From an uncultured delta proteobacterium (GTDB lineage Bacteria > Desulfobacterota > Desulfobacteria > Desulfobacterales > JAFDCJ01), in contig CAVYNY010000022.1 of assembly GCA_963769935.1 (NCBI GenBank), forward strand, positions 160,001 through 224,000: DNA of 64,000 nucleotides, read 5' to 3'. Positions 29,431-39,598 of the stretch are shown in pieces (the stretch's first letter is position 1; the number at the start of each line of letters is the position of its first letter). Under the pieces are notes generated by a model. The model was not told the origin of the DNA. It saw only the letters and a list, made by a program, of their open reading frames with translations, and did not search any database. The position numbers were made by a program, and so were the translations under genes.

Positions 29431-30513
29431 ATGGAGAAATACGCGGAACAAACGCAACAGGAATTCGAAGGCTGGCAGGAATTTATCAACAAACCCATCG
29501 ATGAAAAAGTGGGTGAATTCAAGAGGAATGATCGCCTATTTGATGTCATATATGCCCAGCAGTTCGACCGGCCGTTTCTGGATTATCTTTGCAATCTGGC
29601 CGATTCGATCAGACTGCTGGCCAAAACGAAAGTGGGCCAGAGCAAATTGCGGCACCTGCTGCCCCACAAACGTGCGATGCTTTACTTTGTTCAGCCTTCG
29701 ACCCGGACGTTTCTATCCTTTCAAAATGCCTGTCACATTCTGGGATTGTCTATTTCCGAAATCCGGGGAACATCGACCAGTTCCGAAGTGAAGGGCGAAT
29801 CACCCGAAGACACCATCCGCACGTTTGCCAGTTACGTCGATCTGATTATTTCGAGGCATCCGGAAGCCGGGTTCGCCGAAAAAACGGCCTGGGTCCTGAA
29901 TCAAACCGAGCGCCCCGTTCCGGTGTTGAACGGCGGTTCAGGTCCCGATCAGCATCCCACCCAGGCGCTGCTGGATATTTACACGCTGGAAAGAGAATTC
30001 AGAACCATCGGCGGTCTGGACGGCAAAAAGATTGCCATGGTCGGCGATTTAATGCGCGGCCGTACCGTACGTTCTTTAAGTTATTTAATGAAAAATTACA
30101 AAGACGTTGAGCTGGTATATGTTGCTCCGGATGTCTTTCGGATGAAAGACGACATTAAAGAATTTTTAAGCAAGCATGCGATTCCCTTCAAAGAAACCGA
30201 TAATTTTGAAAGTATCCTGCCGGAAGTCGATGCCATTTACATGACCCGGATCCAAAATGAGTATGCCGCGGACCCGAGGAGCGAAGCCGAAACCTATCCG
30301 GGTTTTCATCTTAAAATGAAGCATCTGTCCATGATTCAAACCCATTGCGCCATTCTGCACCCGCTGCCCCGGCGTTATGAAATCGATGTCAGAATCGACA
30401 AAGATCCGCGGGCTGCGTACTGGCGTCAGGAGCGCTGCGGCATGTGGATCAGGGCGGCTCTGATTGCCTATATTTTCCGGGTGGACGATGAGATTATGGA
30501 GGAGTTTAATTAA
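29431..30513 (+). CDS. pyrB: Aspartate carbamoyltransferase catalytic subunit
   Basis: PSTRT, KGES, HPTQALLD, VGDLMRGRTVRSL, YMTRIQ, LHPLPR. Confidence 0.93.
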   Translation: MEKYAEQTQQEFEGWQEFINKPIDEKVGEFKRNDRLFDVIYAQQFDRPFLDYLCNLADSIRLLAKTKVGQSKLRHLLPHKRAMLYFVQPSTRTFLSFQNACHILGLSISEIRGTSTSSEVKGESPEDTIRTFASYVDLIISRHPEAGFAEKTAWVLNQTERPVPVLNGGSGPDQHPTQALLDIYTLEREFRTIGGLDGKKIAMVGDLMRGRTVRSLSYLMKNYKDVELVYVAPDVFRMKDDIKEFLSKHAIPFKETDNFESILPEVDAIYMTRIQNEYAADPRSEAETYPGFHLKMKHLSMIQTHCAILHPLPRRYEIDVRIDKDPRAAYWRQERCGMWIRAALIAYIFRVDDEIMEEFN

Positions 30514-30607
30514 TCTGCCCCATAAAATTTCCCATCCATCCAAGTTGTAAATTGCTTTTTGGCAATTGAAGCAAGTTTTTAAAATCCAGGATCAGGCGGA
30601 TTAATTA
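30507..30607. mobile_element. MITE-like element, TAATTAATCCGCC family, overlapping the pyrB stop
   Basis: TAATTAATCTGCC...GGCGGATTAATTA. Confidence 0.7.
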
Positions 30608-30609
30608 AG

Positions 30610-30935
30610 CTTAAATATTTGGTATCGATTTTTGACCCCTTGGCAACGAGCTGGTCGACCAGGGGAATCAATAGCTCATTTATATTGGCAATCACGTCAT
30701 CCTTCAATCTGCAGCTTTCGATGCTCGATGTGCTCCAGGACCTCCGTGAGAGAATTGTTTTTTCGCTCGAGTTCGATGATTATTCCTGCGTAGATCCTCC
30801 TCTGAGGTCTTCAAAGTTTCTTCAGTCTTTTTATATTCGGTGATATCTCTTCCTACCGACTGAATTTCCTGCAAATTGCCGGAATCATCAAACAACGCCC
30901 GCCGGCGCCATTCCACCCAGAAAATTTCACCATTA
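30610..30935 (-). pseudogene. PAS/PAC sensor gene fragment
   Basis: WVEWRRRALFDDSGNLQEIQSVGRDITEYKKTEE. No start or intact end. Confidence 0.7.
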
Positions 30936-31069
30936 ATTAATTATTGCAATGATCTTTGAATTATGCTTTGCAACAAGCTGGCAATTTGCAGCCTGCCTGT
31001 CGGAAAAATCATTCTGTTCGGCCGGATGTGAAAAAATTGCCGATCATTTTTCCAGTATTCCATTATTCC

Positions 31070-31168
31070 ATGGGGTTCTATGGCGGCGCTTTGCATTGCG
31101 CCACTACGGATGTTTACCGTGAAGGCACCTGCGAAGATTACTTCCCCAAACAGGGGGAGGGATTTTAA
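31070..31168 (+). pseudogene. 3' remnant of an amidinotransferase paralogue
   Basis: GGALHCATTDVYREGTCEDYFPKQGEGF* versus GGCLHCATADVYRQGGCEDYFPKQVEGF* ending at 40738. Confidence 0.85.
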
Positions 31169-31309
31169 GTCCTTAGAAGTAAAGTCTATGCTCATGATAT
31201 TAAGGATTAGTTGCGCTGACTGCCAACCTAAAAGCATTGAACAAGTTATTGCAGTCGATTTCAGGCCAGCCGGAGCTGGATTAATAACTACGGATGGATT
31301 ACATGTACC

Positions 31310-32179
31310 ATGGATGCAGCAATAAATTACATAGAAGTAGTGGAAATCAATGACCACCTAATCTATTTTTATTGGGGACGTCACCAGGACCACGCTGAAA
31401 TGGATATGCGTCTGGGCGGCGGCACGTATGCAATCTACAAGGGGGATTCGGCCATCATTGTCGATACCATGGACTTGCCCGGTCAGGGAGCCTGGGTAAA
31501 GAATCACCTGCAGACACAATACGCCATAAGGAATTTTATGGTGGTAAACACTCACTGGCATCTGGATCACATTGCCGGCAATCACGTGTATGCGAATTGC
31601 GCCATCATCGGTCATACCGACACTAGAACCATAATATCAGCCAATAAAGAAGCCATCGAAGCCGGGACGCTATGGGGAGGATTTCCGGCATTTGCGGCGA
31701 TCCCGCCCAATATTACCTTCACGGGCAGAATGGATCTCTGGTTGGACAATCTGAAGGTCGAACTTCATGAGTTTAAAATTCATTGTGCAGGCCACTTAGC
31801 GGTTGTTTTACCCGATGATAAAATTCTGCTGGCCGCCGATATGCTGGAAGATCCGATCTGGATTTTCCAATTTAACTTTGCGTCACCTGAAACTCAGCTG
31901 GCAGAGTTCGACAGAATGAGGACCATGGACATCGACCGCATTTATGCCAATCATTGCAATTTAGATACAGTCAAGACCGGCGGCTATGACAAGCGCTTTA
32001 TAAAAAATAATGCCGACTACCTGAAAAGAATGATAGCTGATGTGGAGAATCCGGAATTCTGTGCACATAAGGCGCAGGTCTACATCGGTGATGCGCTTGC
32101 CGCCGGTGAACTGACCTGGTGGGAACCGTATTCGGAGATTCATGCCCGGAACATCGAGACCATTCAAAATCTTCAATGA
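31310..32179 (+). CDS. MBL-fold metallo-hydrolase
   Basis: NTHWHLDHIAGN, HCAGH, AADML. Confidence 0.88.
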   Translation: MDAAINYIEVVEINDHLIYFYWGRHQDHAEMDMRLGGGTYAIYKGDSAIIVDTMDLPGQGAWVKNHLQTQYAIRNFMVVNTHWHLDHIAGNHVYANCAIIGHTDTRTIISANKEAIEAGTLWGGFPAFAAIPPNITFTGRMDLWLDNLKVELHEFKIHCAGHLAVVLPDDKILLAADMLEDPIWIFQFNFASPETQLAEFDRMRTMDIDRIYANHCNLDTVKTGGYDKRFIKNNADYLKRMIADVENPEFCAHKAQVYIGDALAAGELTWWEPYSEIHARNIETIQNLQ

Positions 32180-32186
32180 CGGTAAT

Positions 32187-33032
32187 ATGACAACTCCGGA
32201 AATAGCGGCGATAATATACGGGCTTGTTTCAGCGGTATCGTGGGGTGCGGGCGATTTTTCAGGCGGCTTCGCCACCCGATCAGGCAGTGTATTGGGGGTG
32301 CTTTTCGTCGGCTACCTCGTTAGTGTGGTACTTTTAACTATCTGTGCCCTATGGCTTGGAAGCCCCCTGCCGAATCTATTCTCTTTCGCAGCCGGAGCAT
32401 TGGCGGGCGTTACCGGTTTGATGGGTCTGGCCGCCCTTTATAAGGGCCTGGCGGGCGGGCAAATGGGAATCGTGGCGCCGCTTACAGCAGTCACCACCGC
32501 CGTTTTGCCGATTCTTTTGGGCATGTTTTTGGAGGGATTTCCTGCAAGACTGCGGATTATGGGGTTTCTGGCTGCCTTTACGGCGATCTGGCTGCTTTCG
32601 GTGCCTGAAAAATCTCAGGAATTTCAATGGCGGCAAATCAGTTTACCGATAACGGCCGGGATTTTTTTAGGGCTATCGCTCATACTGGTCGATCAGGCAG
32701 CCGAGCAGAGCGTGTTATGGTCTCTGGTCGGCAATAGAATTGCCGGCATAGCTGTTTTAATTGTGCTGTTGATAGTATTTCGCCAGGGCAGCATGCCGTC
32801 AAAGGGCAGCTACCCCATCATCTGCCTGGCCGCTATTTTCGATACGGGCGGCTATATTTTTTATGCATTGGCTGCGAGTACAGGCAGACTTGATACTTCA
32901 GCCGTCCTTGCCTGCATGTATCCTGCTACAACGGTTATGCTGGCGTGGCTGCTTTTGAAGGAGCGCCTCTCGGGCCGGCAATGGATGGGCGTGATCGCAG
33001 CATTTATTGCCATCACTTTGATAGCTGTTTGA
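32187..33032 (+). CDS. EamA/DMT-family transporter
   Basis: AVSWGAGDFSGG, about ten hydrophobic helices, LKERLS. Confidence 0.88.
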   Translation: MTTPEIAAIIYGLVSAVSWGAGDFSGGFATRSGSVLGVLFVGYLVSVVLLTICALWLGSPLPNLFSFAAGALAGVTGLMGLAALYKGLAGGQMGIVAPLTAVTTAVLPILLGMFLEGFPARLRIMGFLAAFTAIWLLSVPEKSQEFQWRQISLPITAGIFLGLSLILVDQAAEQSVLWSLVGNRIAGIAVLIVLLIVFRQGSMPSKGSYPIICLAAIFDTGGYIFYALAASTGRLDTSAVLACMYPATTVMLAWLLLKERLSGRQWMGVIAAFIAITLIAV

Positions 33033-33216
33033 GAGACTCGTTTGTTGCAGACATAAAGGATATTGGCATGGAATCAGAGATGTAAGTTCCTGCAGATACC
33101 ATTTTACCGGAGTGTTGGCGTAATGGAGTATTTTGCTATAATTCCAGAGCCCCTCGGGGGGTTTCAAAGCCGGGTCCTGCGGGTCCCGGACGCATTGAAT
33201 GACCAGGAGATAAAAT

Positions 33217-34119
33217 ATGATCAAAAATCCCGTACCTTGGCCCGACGGCAAAAAATGTGCGGTGGCCTTCACCTTTGATATGGATACCGACAGCCTCATT
33301 CACCTGGCGCATCCGGAGGACGGCTTCCGGCGGGTTTCCGGCATATCGATGCTGCGGTACGGGCCGGAAGTGGCCGTGCCCCGAATTGTCGACACTTACA
33401 GGGAATTCGGCATTCAGCAGACGTTTTTTGTTCCCGCCTGGTGTATCGAGAATTATCCGGCGGCCGTAAAAGCAATGGTGGACGGCGGCCACGAAGTCGC
33501 CCATCACGGCTACCTCCACGAAAATCCGCTGGCCGGCAGTCGGGAGGAACAACACTATTGGCTGAAGCGGGGGATTCGGATCATTGAGAATGCCACCGGG
33601 CAAAGGCCGCGGGGGTGGCGCGCCCCGCTTTACAACTTTTCGGACAATTCAGCGGACCTGCTGATCGAAGAGGGATTTCTCTACGACGCCTCGCTGATGG
33701 GCGATGATGTGCCCTACATTTTAAAAACCGATCGGGGTGAACTGGTTGAACTGCCGGCCCACTGGGGTGTCGATGATTGGCCGCAATTTGTCCAGTCCAT
33801 GGACCTGGACTACATGATGCCGATTAAAGCGGCGTCGCGCGGCATCGAGGTTTTTCGGGAGGAGTTCGACGTTATGCACGAATATGGCGGGCTTTGGATC
33901 GGCGTCTGGCATCCGTTTGCGACGGGCCGCCTGGCACGCTGGCGCCAGGTGGTGAAACTCATCGAGTACATGCAGAGCAAAGGCGACGTCTGGTTTGCCC
34001 GCATGGAAGATATCGCCCGGCATGTTCGGCAATGCATCGATGACGGCCGGTATTCCCCCAGGATTGACAAACTGCCCTACTATCACGGCAAGATTTCAGT
34101 GCGGCCGATTAAGGAGTGA
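33217..34119 (+). CDS. Polysaccharide-deacetylase-family (CE4, PuuE-like) hydrolase
   Basis: WPDGKKCAVAFTFDMD, HEVAHHGYLHE, GWRAP, WHPF. Confidence 0.9.
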   Translation: MIKNPVPWPDGKKCAVAFTFDMDTDSLIHLAHPEDGFRRVSGISMLRYGPEVAVPRIVDTYREFGIQQTFFVPAWCIENYPAAVKAMVDGGHEVAHHGYLHENPLAGSREEQHYWLKRGIRIIENATGQRPRGWRAPLYNFSDNSADLLIEEGFLYDASLMGDDVPYILKTDRGELVELPAHWGVDDWPQFVQSMDLDYMMPIKAASRGIEVFREEFDVMHEYGGLWIGVWHPFATGRLARWRQVVKLIEYMQSKGDVWFARMEDIARHVRQCIDDGRYSPRIDKLPYYHGKISVRPIKE

Positions 34120-34225
34120 CGGCATCTTCAAAAGCCATGAGTCAGCCAACCGGCAAGGCCGTTGACCGGACGGTTTTTCAAGAATCCCGCCGGGGATAAA
34201 ACTGAGGAGCTTGCGATGGATGATT

Positions 34226-35071
34226 TTATTCCAACTTCGCAATTTGTTCGCGCATCAGGCGCATGACATGCCGCTCAAGTTCTAGGTATCCGGGCATGCT
34301 CAGTACCGCTTCTTTATCCGAAATACGACAGCCGTTTTTAAAATCAGTAATAATGTTTTCGCGAACAGTGCCCGGATGCCTGGACAAAAAAATGATGCGA
34401 TCCGCCAGAAACAGCGCTTCATCAATATCGTGGGTAACAAGCAGCACGGTCGTGCTGGAGCGCTCGAGTATAGTGAGCAGCAGTTCCTGCATACTCCATC
34501 TGGTCTCGGCATCCAGTGCGCCAAAGGGTTCGTCCATTAACAGAATTGACGGATCATTGGCCAGCGTGCGGGCGATCGCCACACGCTGTTTCATGCCGCC
34601 GGAAAGCTGGTGCGGATACGCATTTTTAAACTTGGTAAGTTTTACCAGCTCAAGAAAATGTTCGGCGCGTTCACGTCGTTCGTTCGGCGGGACATTGTTC
34701 AGACGCATCCCGTATTCCACGTTTTTCTGCACGGTGAGCCAATCGAAGGAAGTATACGACTGAAAAACCATACCACGATCCCGGCCGGGACCGACGATCT
34801 CTTTTCCGTCGAGAAAAAATTTGCCGGAATTAGGCTCCTCCAGCCCCGCTGCCATCCGCAGCACAGTCGACTTTCCGCAGCCGGAGGGTCCTAATAGCAC
34901 ACACAGCTCATTTTCGTGTACGTCAAACGTGACCTTTTCGACAGCCGTGATGCTCAACCCCTTTTCAAGCTGAAAGACCTTGGATACATCTTGAACCGAG
35001 AGCTTTACCCGGCGGTTCTGGCCGGGTGCGCATTCACCGTTTATCCGCGGCCGGCTGTTTTCTGCACTCAC
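34226..35071 (-). CDS. NitT/TauT-family ABC ATP-binding protein
   Basis: GPSGCGKST, LSGGMKQR, LLMDEPFGALD. GTG start overlaps the permease stop. Confidence 0.92.
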   Translation of the reverse strand: MSAENSRPRINGECAPGQNRRVKLSVQDVSKVFQLEKGLSITAVEKVTFDVHENELCVLLGPSGCGKSTVLRMAAGLEEPNSGKFFLDGKEIVGPGRDRGMVFQSYTSFDWLTVQKNVEYGMRLNNVPPNERRERAEHFLELVKLTKFKNAYPHQLSGGMKQRVAIARTLANDPSILLMDEPFGALDAETRWSMQELLLTILERSSTTVLLVTHDIDEALFLADRIIFLSRHPGTVRENIITDFKNGCRISDKEAVLSMPGYLELERHVMRLMREQIAKLE

Positions 35072-35895
35072 TGATTGCCCTCCACGATGTAAGGGAACAG
35101 GCGACGATGGGCTGTCTTGAAGAGAAAGTCGAACATCAGGCCCAATATGCCGATGACCACGATGCCGGCCATGATAGAATCGGTATGTAAAAAGCGCTTG
35201 GCCCGCATCATCATGGCCCCGATCCCCGTTGACGAGGCCACGATTTCCGCAATCACCAGATAGGTCCAGCTCACCGCCAGCATTTGGCGCATTGCGACAA
35301 CGATATTCGGCATGACGGCCGGCACAATTACCGTCCACAGAATTTGCCAACGATTCCCGCCCAGCGTCATCGCCGTTTCAAGCAGTTCGTTGCCGACTGA
35401 TTTGGTATAGTCCATGATCATCGTGATTAAAAAAAAGACTACCCCTATGAACAGCAGCGCAAGCTTGGGCGCATCACCGGTGCCGAACCACATCAGCAGG
35501 ATGGGGATAAAGGAGGGGGCGGGGAGGTAGCGCCAGGCCATAACGAATGGGTTGAAAAAAGACTCGGCCACTCGAAAGGAGCCCATCAATATTCCGAGAG
35601 GAATCGCAATGGTGCAGGCCGCGGCAAAGCTCAGAATAATTCGGTAGATGCTGATGAGAATGTCTTTGATAAATCCATGGTAGACGATCTGCTCATAGAG
35701 CGCCGCGATCACTTTCTGGGGCGTGGGTACCAGCAATTCCGTCACCCAGCCCAAGGCGACGGCAAGTTCCCACAGCAAAAAAAATATCAGCCAAACAGCG
35801 ATACCCAGCCCCAGAAACCAGCTCCAGGGTATGGGTTTTTTGTATTCAAACCAGCGCTGTTTGCGCTTTTCGGCCGGTATTTCCGATTGGGTCAT
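35068..35895 (-). CDS. NitT/TauT-family ABC permease
   Basis: RYLPAPSFIP, ELLETAMTLGG, WTYLVIAEIV. Confidence 0.92.
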   Translation of the reverse strand: MTQSEIPAEKRKQRWFEYKKPIPWSWFLGLGIAVWLIFFLLWELAVALGWVTELLVPTPQKVIAALYEQIVYHGFIKDILISIYRIILSFAAACTIAIPLGILMGSFRVAESFFNPFVMAWRYLPAPSFIPILLMWFGTGDAPKLALLFIGVVFFLITMIMDYTKSVGNELLETAMTLGGNRWQILWTVIVPAVMPNIVVAMRQMLAVSWTYLVIAEIVASSTGIGAMMMRAKRFLHTDSIMAGIVVIGILGLMFDFLFKTAHRRLFPYIVEGNQ

Positions 35896-35907
35896 ATTTG
35901 AATGCTT

Positions 35908-36984
35908 TTACTTGCGCGCTGAAAAGGACTGGCGATAGCCCTCATTGATCAGGTCCTGCATGAGACTGCAATCGACTCCCTTGGCGGGGTCGTGCACCTT
36001 TTTCAGGACGCCCAACTTTACCCACCATTCATTGGTTGTTTTGACGCTTTCCAGAAACCCGCCATGTTTCTGGCCCAGTCCCGGTTCACCATCCAGGACG
36101 CCGCAAAATCGGGCCGACTCATCGAAGTCAAACATGTAATTGCCGCCGAGAAGATACTTTCCGTTGGTACCCATCACGGATTCGACGTCTGCGACCGGCC
36201 AATCCAGATATTTGGCAAAAAATTTGTTGGTTTCAGCCGTGTGATCGTGCCAGTAGCCGACGGCATCCCAGCGGGCGCGCAGCATGTCCAGCGCCGCCTT
36301 GCGTCTGTTTTTAATGAAATTTTTATTCATATAAATTGAATCTCCGAACATGCCCTTTTCAAGGAAGTAGGGCTCGGAAGTATTGGCGACACTTTTGCAT
36401 CCCGGCATACTGGCGATAAGTTTGGAGACCCACGGTTCATACATATAGGCGGCGCTGATATCGCCGGAGAGCATTGGGCCGACAGCCTCGTCGGCGTTTA
36501 AGTTTACCCAGCTGACGTCTTTGGGCGTTATCCCATGCTTGTCGAGCCACAGACCCATCAACAGTTGGCCGATGTAGGCCTGGGGAGCTGCGACCTTTTT
36601 GCCTTTTAGATTTTGAGGCTCAATTCCGGGAGCCAGCGTGATTTGATCGACACCATAGGAGGGGTTGGTATAGGCCACGTTGGTCACTGGAAGATCGCTT
36701 TCGATGGTAAAGGAAATATAGTCCAAAGTGCATACGTAGATGTCCAGCTGTCCGGCCGCCAACATCGCATGTCCGCCCAGCGGATCCTCCATGATGCTGA
36801 CCTCGATGTCGTAATCGGGCGCCATATTTTTCTCTCGGACAAGTTCATAAAAACTGTATCCCGGCCACGACACGCAGGCGCCGACTTTTACCTTCTCTTT
36901 GGCTGCCACTTCCTGGCAAAAGGCCATGAGGAACAATGCGAACACGACGGGGATAACTATCAATTTTTTGGACTTCGGATTCAT
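35908..36984 (-). CDS. NitT/TauT-family ABC substrate-binding protein
   Basis: Signal peptide, SWPGY, SYGVDQI, AAYMYEPW. Confidence 0.88.
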   Translation of the reverse strand: MNPKSKKLIVIPVVFALFLMAFCQEVAAKEKVKVGACVSWPGYSFYELVREKNMAPDYDIEVSIMEDPLGGHAMLAAGQLDIYVCTLDYISFTIESDLPVTNVAYTNPSYGVDQITLAPGIEPQNLKGKKVAAPQAYIGQLLMGLWLDKHGITPKDVSWVNLNADEAVGPMLSGDISAAYMYEPWVSKLIASMPGCKSVANTSEPYFLEKGMFGDSIYMNKNFIKNRRKAALDMLRARWDAVGYWHDHTAETNKFFAKYLDWPVADVESVMGTNGKYLLGGNYMFDFDESARFCGVLDGEPGLGQKHGGFLESVKTTNEWWVKLGVLKKVHDPAKGVDCSLMQDLINEGYRQSFSARK

Positions 36985-37181
36985 TCTGCCTTCCTTCCGT
37001 GTTGTGGTAAGTAGATTTTTCTGCAGCGGCTCGAGGTTATGTTATAGAGATCAATATTTTTGTTTGTCAATAAAAAAAGATGATTGGGATTTAGCGCGGG
37101 CGGTAAAATTCAATGGCGCTAGAGGGCCGGTTGTGATATTGAATCTGGATTCGAATTTTCAGTGATAACGGAGGCCAACGC

Positions 37182-37937
37182 ATGAGGCCTTTTAGACTCA
37201 AAGACAGGGTCGCAGTGGTAACGGGGGGCAGCCGGGGAATCGGCAAGGGCATTTGTGTCGCCTTTGCCGAAGCGGGGGCCCACATAATCTTTTCCTATGC
37301 TTCAAACCACGAAGCGGCCGGCCGGACTGCTGCGCAGGTGCGGTCCTTTAATGTTCGATGCATGGCCGTTCAGGCGGATGCGGGCAGTGAAGCCGATATT
37401 GAGCACCTGGCCCTAAGGGCGCAAAAGGAATTTGGCAGGATCAATATCCTGGTAAACAATGCCGGCACCATCGGCCAAGAATTTGCAGTGCAGGATATGC
37501 CGGCCGAGGAATGGGATCGTCTGATTTCCGTCGATTTGCGCGGCGTGTTTTTGTCTGCGAAATACTTTATCCCCCTGATCGAGAAACGTCCGGCCGGCAA
37601 AATTATTAATATTACTTCCGAACTGTCTAAAAAAGGCAGGGCCAACTTTGCGCATTATTGTGCCGCTAAAGGCGGTATTAACAGCTTTACGCGCAGTTTG
37701 GCGCTGGAGCTGGCGCCGCATATTCTGGTCAACGCCATTGCCCCGGGTCCGATTGCAACCGATATGATAACGGCGGACATGGAACCTGAATGGGTTGAAA
37801 AAGAAAAAGATATCCCCCTCAGGCGCCTGGGTACGGTGGAGGAAATCGCCGCAGTAGCGCTGCTGCTGGCATCCGATGAAGGTAATTTTTTCTGCGGCCA
37901 AATTATCAGCCCCAATGGCGGCGCCGTATTTTTTTAA
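37182..37937 (+). CDS. SDR-family oxidoreductase
   Basis: TGGSRGIG, NNAG, YCAAK. Confidence 0.92.
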   Translation: MRPFRLKDRVAVVTGGSRGIGKGICVAFAEAGAHIIFSYASNHEAAGRTAAQVRSFNVRCMAVQADAGSEADIEHLALRAQKEFGRINILVNNAGTIGQEFAVQDMPAEEWDRLISVDLRGVFLSAKYFIPLIEKRPAGKIINITSELSKKGRANFAHYCAAKGGINSFTRSLALELAPHILVNAIAPGPIATDMITADMEPEWVEKEKDIPLRRLGTVEEIAAVALLLASDEGNFFCGQIISPNGGAVFF

Positions 37938-37949
37938 AGACGAAAAGCT

Positions 37950-38579
37950 ATGGCTTCCGATAAAGACAGTTCCAGACCGCGGGTTGCACTGGTGACGGGT
38001 GCTGCCGGCAAAATCGGCCGTGCCGTGGTCAAACGGCTGGCGTCGGCCGGCTGGAGGGTCGCCGGAATCGATCCCAAAGCGAATTATGCTGAAATATCGA
38101 TTCAAGCGGATGTCGCCGACCGAACTGCCGTGTGGGACGCTGTGGCTGCTGTGGCAGGGCGATGGGGGATGATCGAATTGCTCGTTACCGCAGCCGCCGA
38201 CTATCGACAGGCTATGATCGGCGAGATGTCCTTGCTGCGCTGGCAGCGGATGCTCGACATATGGTTGGGAGGAACCGCCAATGCCTGCGCAGCCGTATTG
38301 CCCAAAATGGTTGAGGCCGGCCGCGGATGTATCGTGGTCCTGGCGGCTGATGTCAGACCCGGCGGCCAAGGGCAAACATATGTTGCGGCAGCTTCGGGCA
38401 CGCTGGCGGCCTTCGTAAAAAGCCTGGGCAGCGAGGTGGCCGCCGGCGGTGTACGTGTAAACTGTCTGGCGGTTAAACATTCGATCAATCCCGATTGGGT
38501 GGCCGAGACAATCTGCTTTCTGGCAGACGAGGGCCGGTATTATGCCGGCCAGGTGATGTTTCCCGGATCTGATTCTTAA
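37950..38579 (+). CDS. SDR-family oxidoreductase, short, catalytic Lys absent (YVAAS)
   Basis: TGAAGKIG. YxxxK is replaced by YxxxS. Confidence 0.8.
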   Translation: MASDKDSSRPRVALVTGAAGKIGRAVVKRLASAGWRVAGIDPKANYAEISIQADVADRTAVWDAVAAVAGRWGMIELLVTAAADYRQAMIGEMSLLRWQRMLDIWLGGTANACAAVLPKMVEAGRGCIVVLAADVRPGGQGQTYVAAASGTLAAFVKSLGSEVAAGGVRVNCLAVKHSINPDWVAETICFLADEGRYYAGQVMFPGSDS

Positions 38580-38598
38580 CGGTAGAGAAAGACGCTTT

Positions 38599-39378
38599 AT
38601 GGATCACACTCAAAGGCTGAAGGATAAGGTCGCCCTGGTGACCGGCGCCGGCCAGGGTATCGGCAGGGCAATTGCTATACGACTGGCCCGGGAGGGGGCT
38701 CGGGTAGCCGTTAACGGGCGCATGGCGCATCCCAAGATTCAAGCGGTGGCCCGCGAAACCGGCGGTATTTCCGTGGTTGCGGATATTGCCGACAGCATCC
38801 AGGTCGCACGGATGGCGGCGGCGGTTGAGAAGCAACTCGGGCCCATTAATATCCTGGTTGCCAATGCGGCCTACATGAACATGGCGCCCTTTTTGGAGCA
38901 GGACCCTGCCGATTGGTGGAAGCATTTGAACGTCAACCTGACCGGTCATTTATCCTGCATTCACGCTGTAGTGCCGGGCATGAGACGCCTGGGCGGCGGC
39001 AATATCATCATCATCAGTTCAATTTTCGGTGTCGAAGGGTGGAAAAACGCCTCGGCCTACGCGGCATCCAAGTCAGGCTTGACCGCCTTGGGAGAATCTC
39101 TGGCCGAAGAACTCCGATCGGAGAACATCCATGTCGGTATTGTGCATCCCGGTGTCATTGATACACCGCAGCTTCAGGTCGATGCCAAAGATCTCAATCT
39201 TACGGTAGAAGAAGTCAAGGCCGTGTATGCCCGGGACATACCCATGGGCCGAATCGGAGATACGCAGGAGGTGGCGGCAACCGTTGCGTTTCTGGCGGCG
39301 GAAGGCGGGCCTATTTTTTCCGGCCGCAGTCTTCAGATCAACGGTGGACAAAGCCGCTGTTCCTGCCGACCGGGGTAA
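38599..39378 (+). CDS. SDR-family oxidoreductase
   Basis: TGAGQGIG, YAASK. Confidence 0.92.
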   Translation: MDHTQRLKDKVALVTGAGQGIGRAIAIRLAREGARVAVNGRMAHPKIQAVARETGGISVVADIADSIQVARMAAAVEKQLGPINILVANAAYMNMAPFLEQDPADWWKHLNVNLTGHLSCIHAVVPGMRRLGGGNIIIISSIFGVEGWKNASAYAASKSGLTALGESLAEELRSENIHVGIVHPGVIDTPQLQVDAKDLNLTVEEVKAVYARDIPMGRIGDTQEVAATVAFLAAEGGPIFSGRSLQINGGQSRCSCRPG

Positions 39379-39598
39379 ATTGTTTGACTGATCCGTATCC
39401 GGCGATATGTAGTATTTTGAAAATTTTATAACAAAAAGACCGAGCGCAGCGTTTCCTTAATTTTAGGCAGTTTTAGGCAATTTAGGCAATTTAGTGCATT
39501 TTAGACATTTATTTATTATTCGATATCAGATTGTCATGATAAGAGGCTGAGGTAAAAATTTATACGACCAAGTAAAGTTAAAGTATAGGAGGTTTAGC

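Noticed and set aside
34140..34215. Guanidine-I (ykkC) riboswitch suggested by ccggggataaaactgaggag
   Set aside because: The 5' conserved elements are missing and it lies between convergent gene ends.
35072..35350. N-terminal extension of the ABC ATPase given in the ORF track
   Set aside because: Overlaps the permease. A GTG at 35071 coupled to the permease stop is the better start.
37413..38480. Long antisense ORFs (also 40864-41790, 27546-28343, 52545-53282)
   Set aside because: They shadow well-supported genes on the opposite strand.
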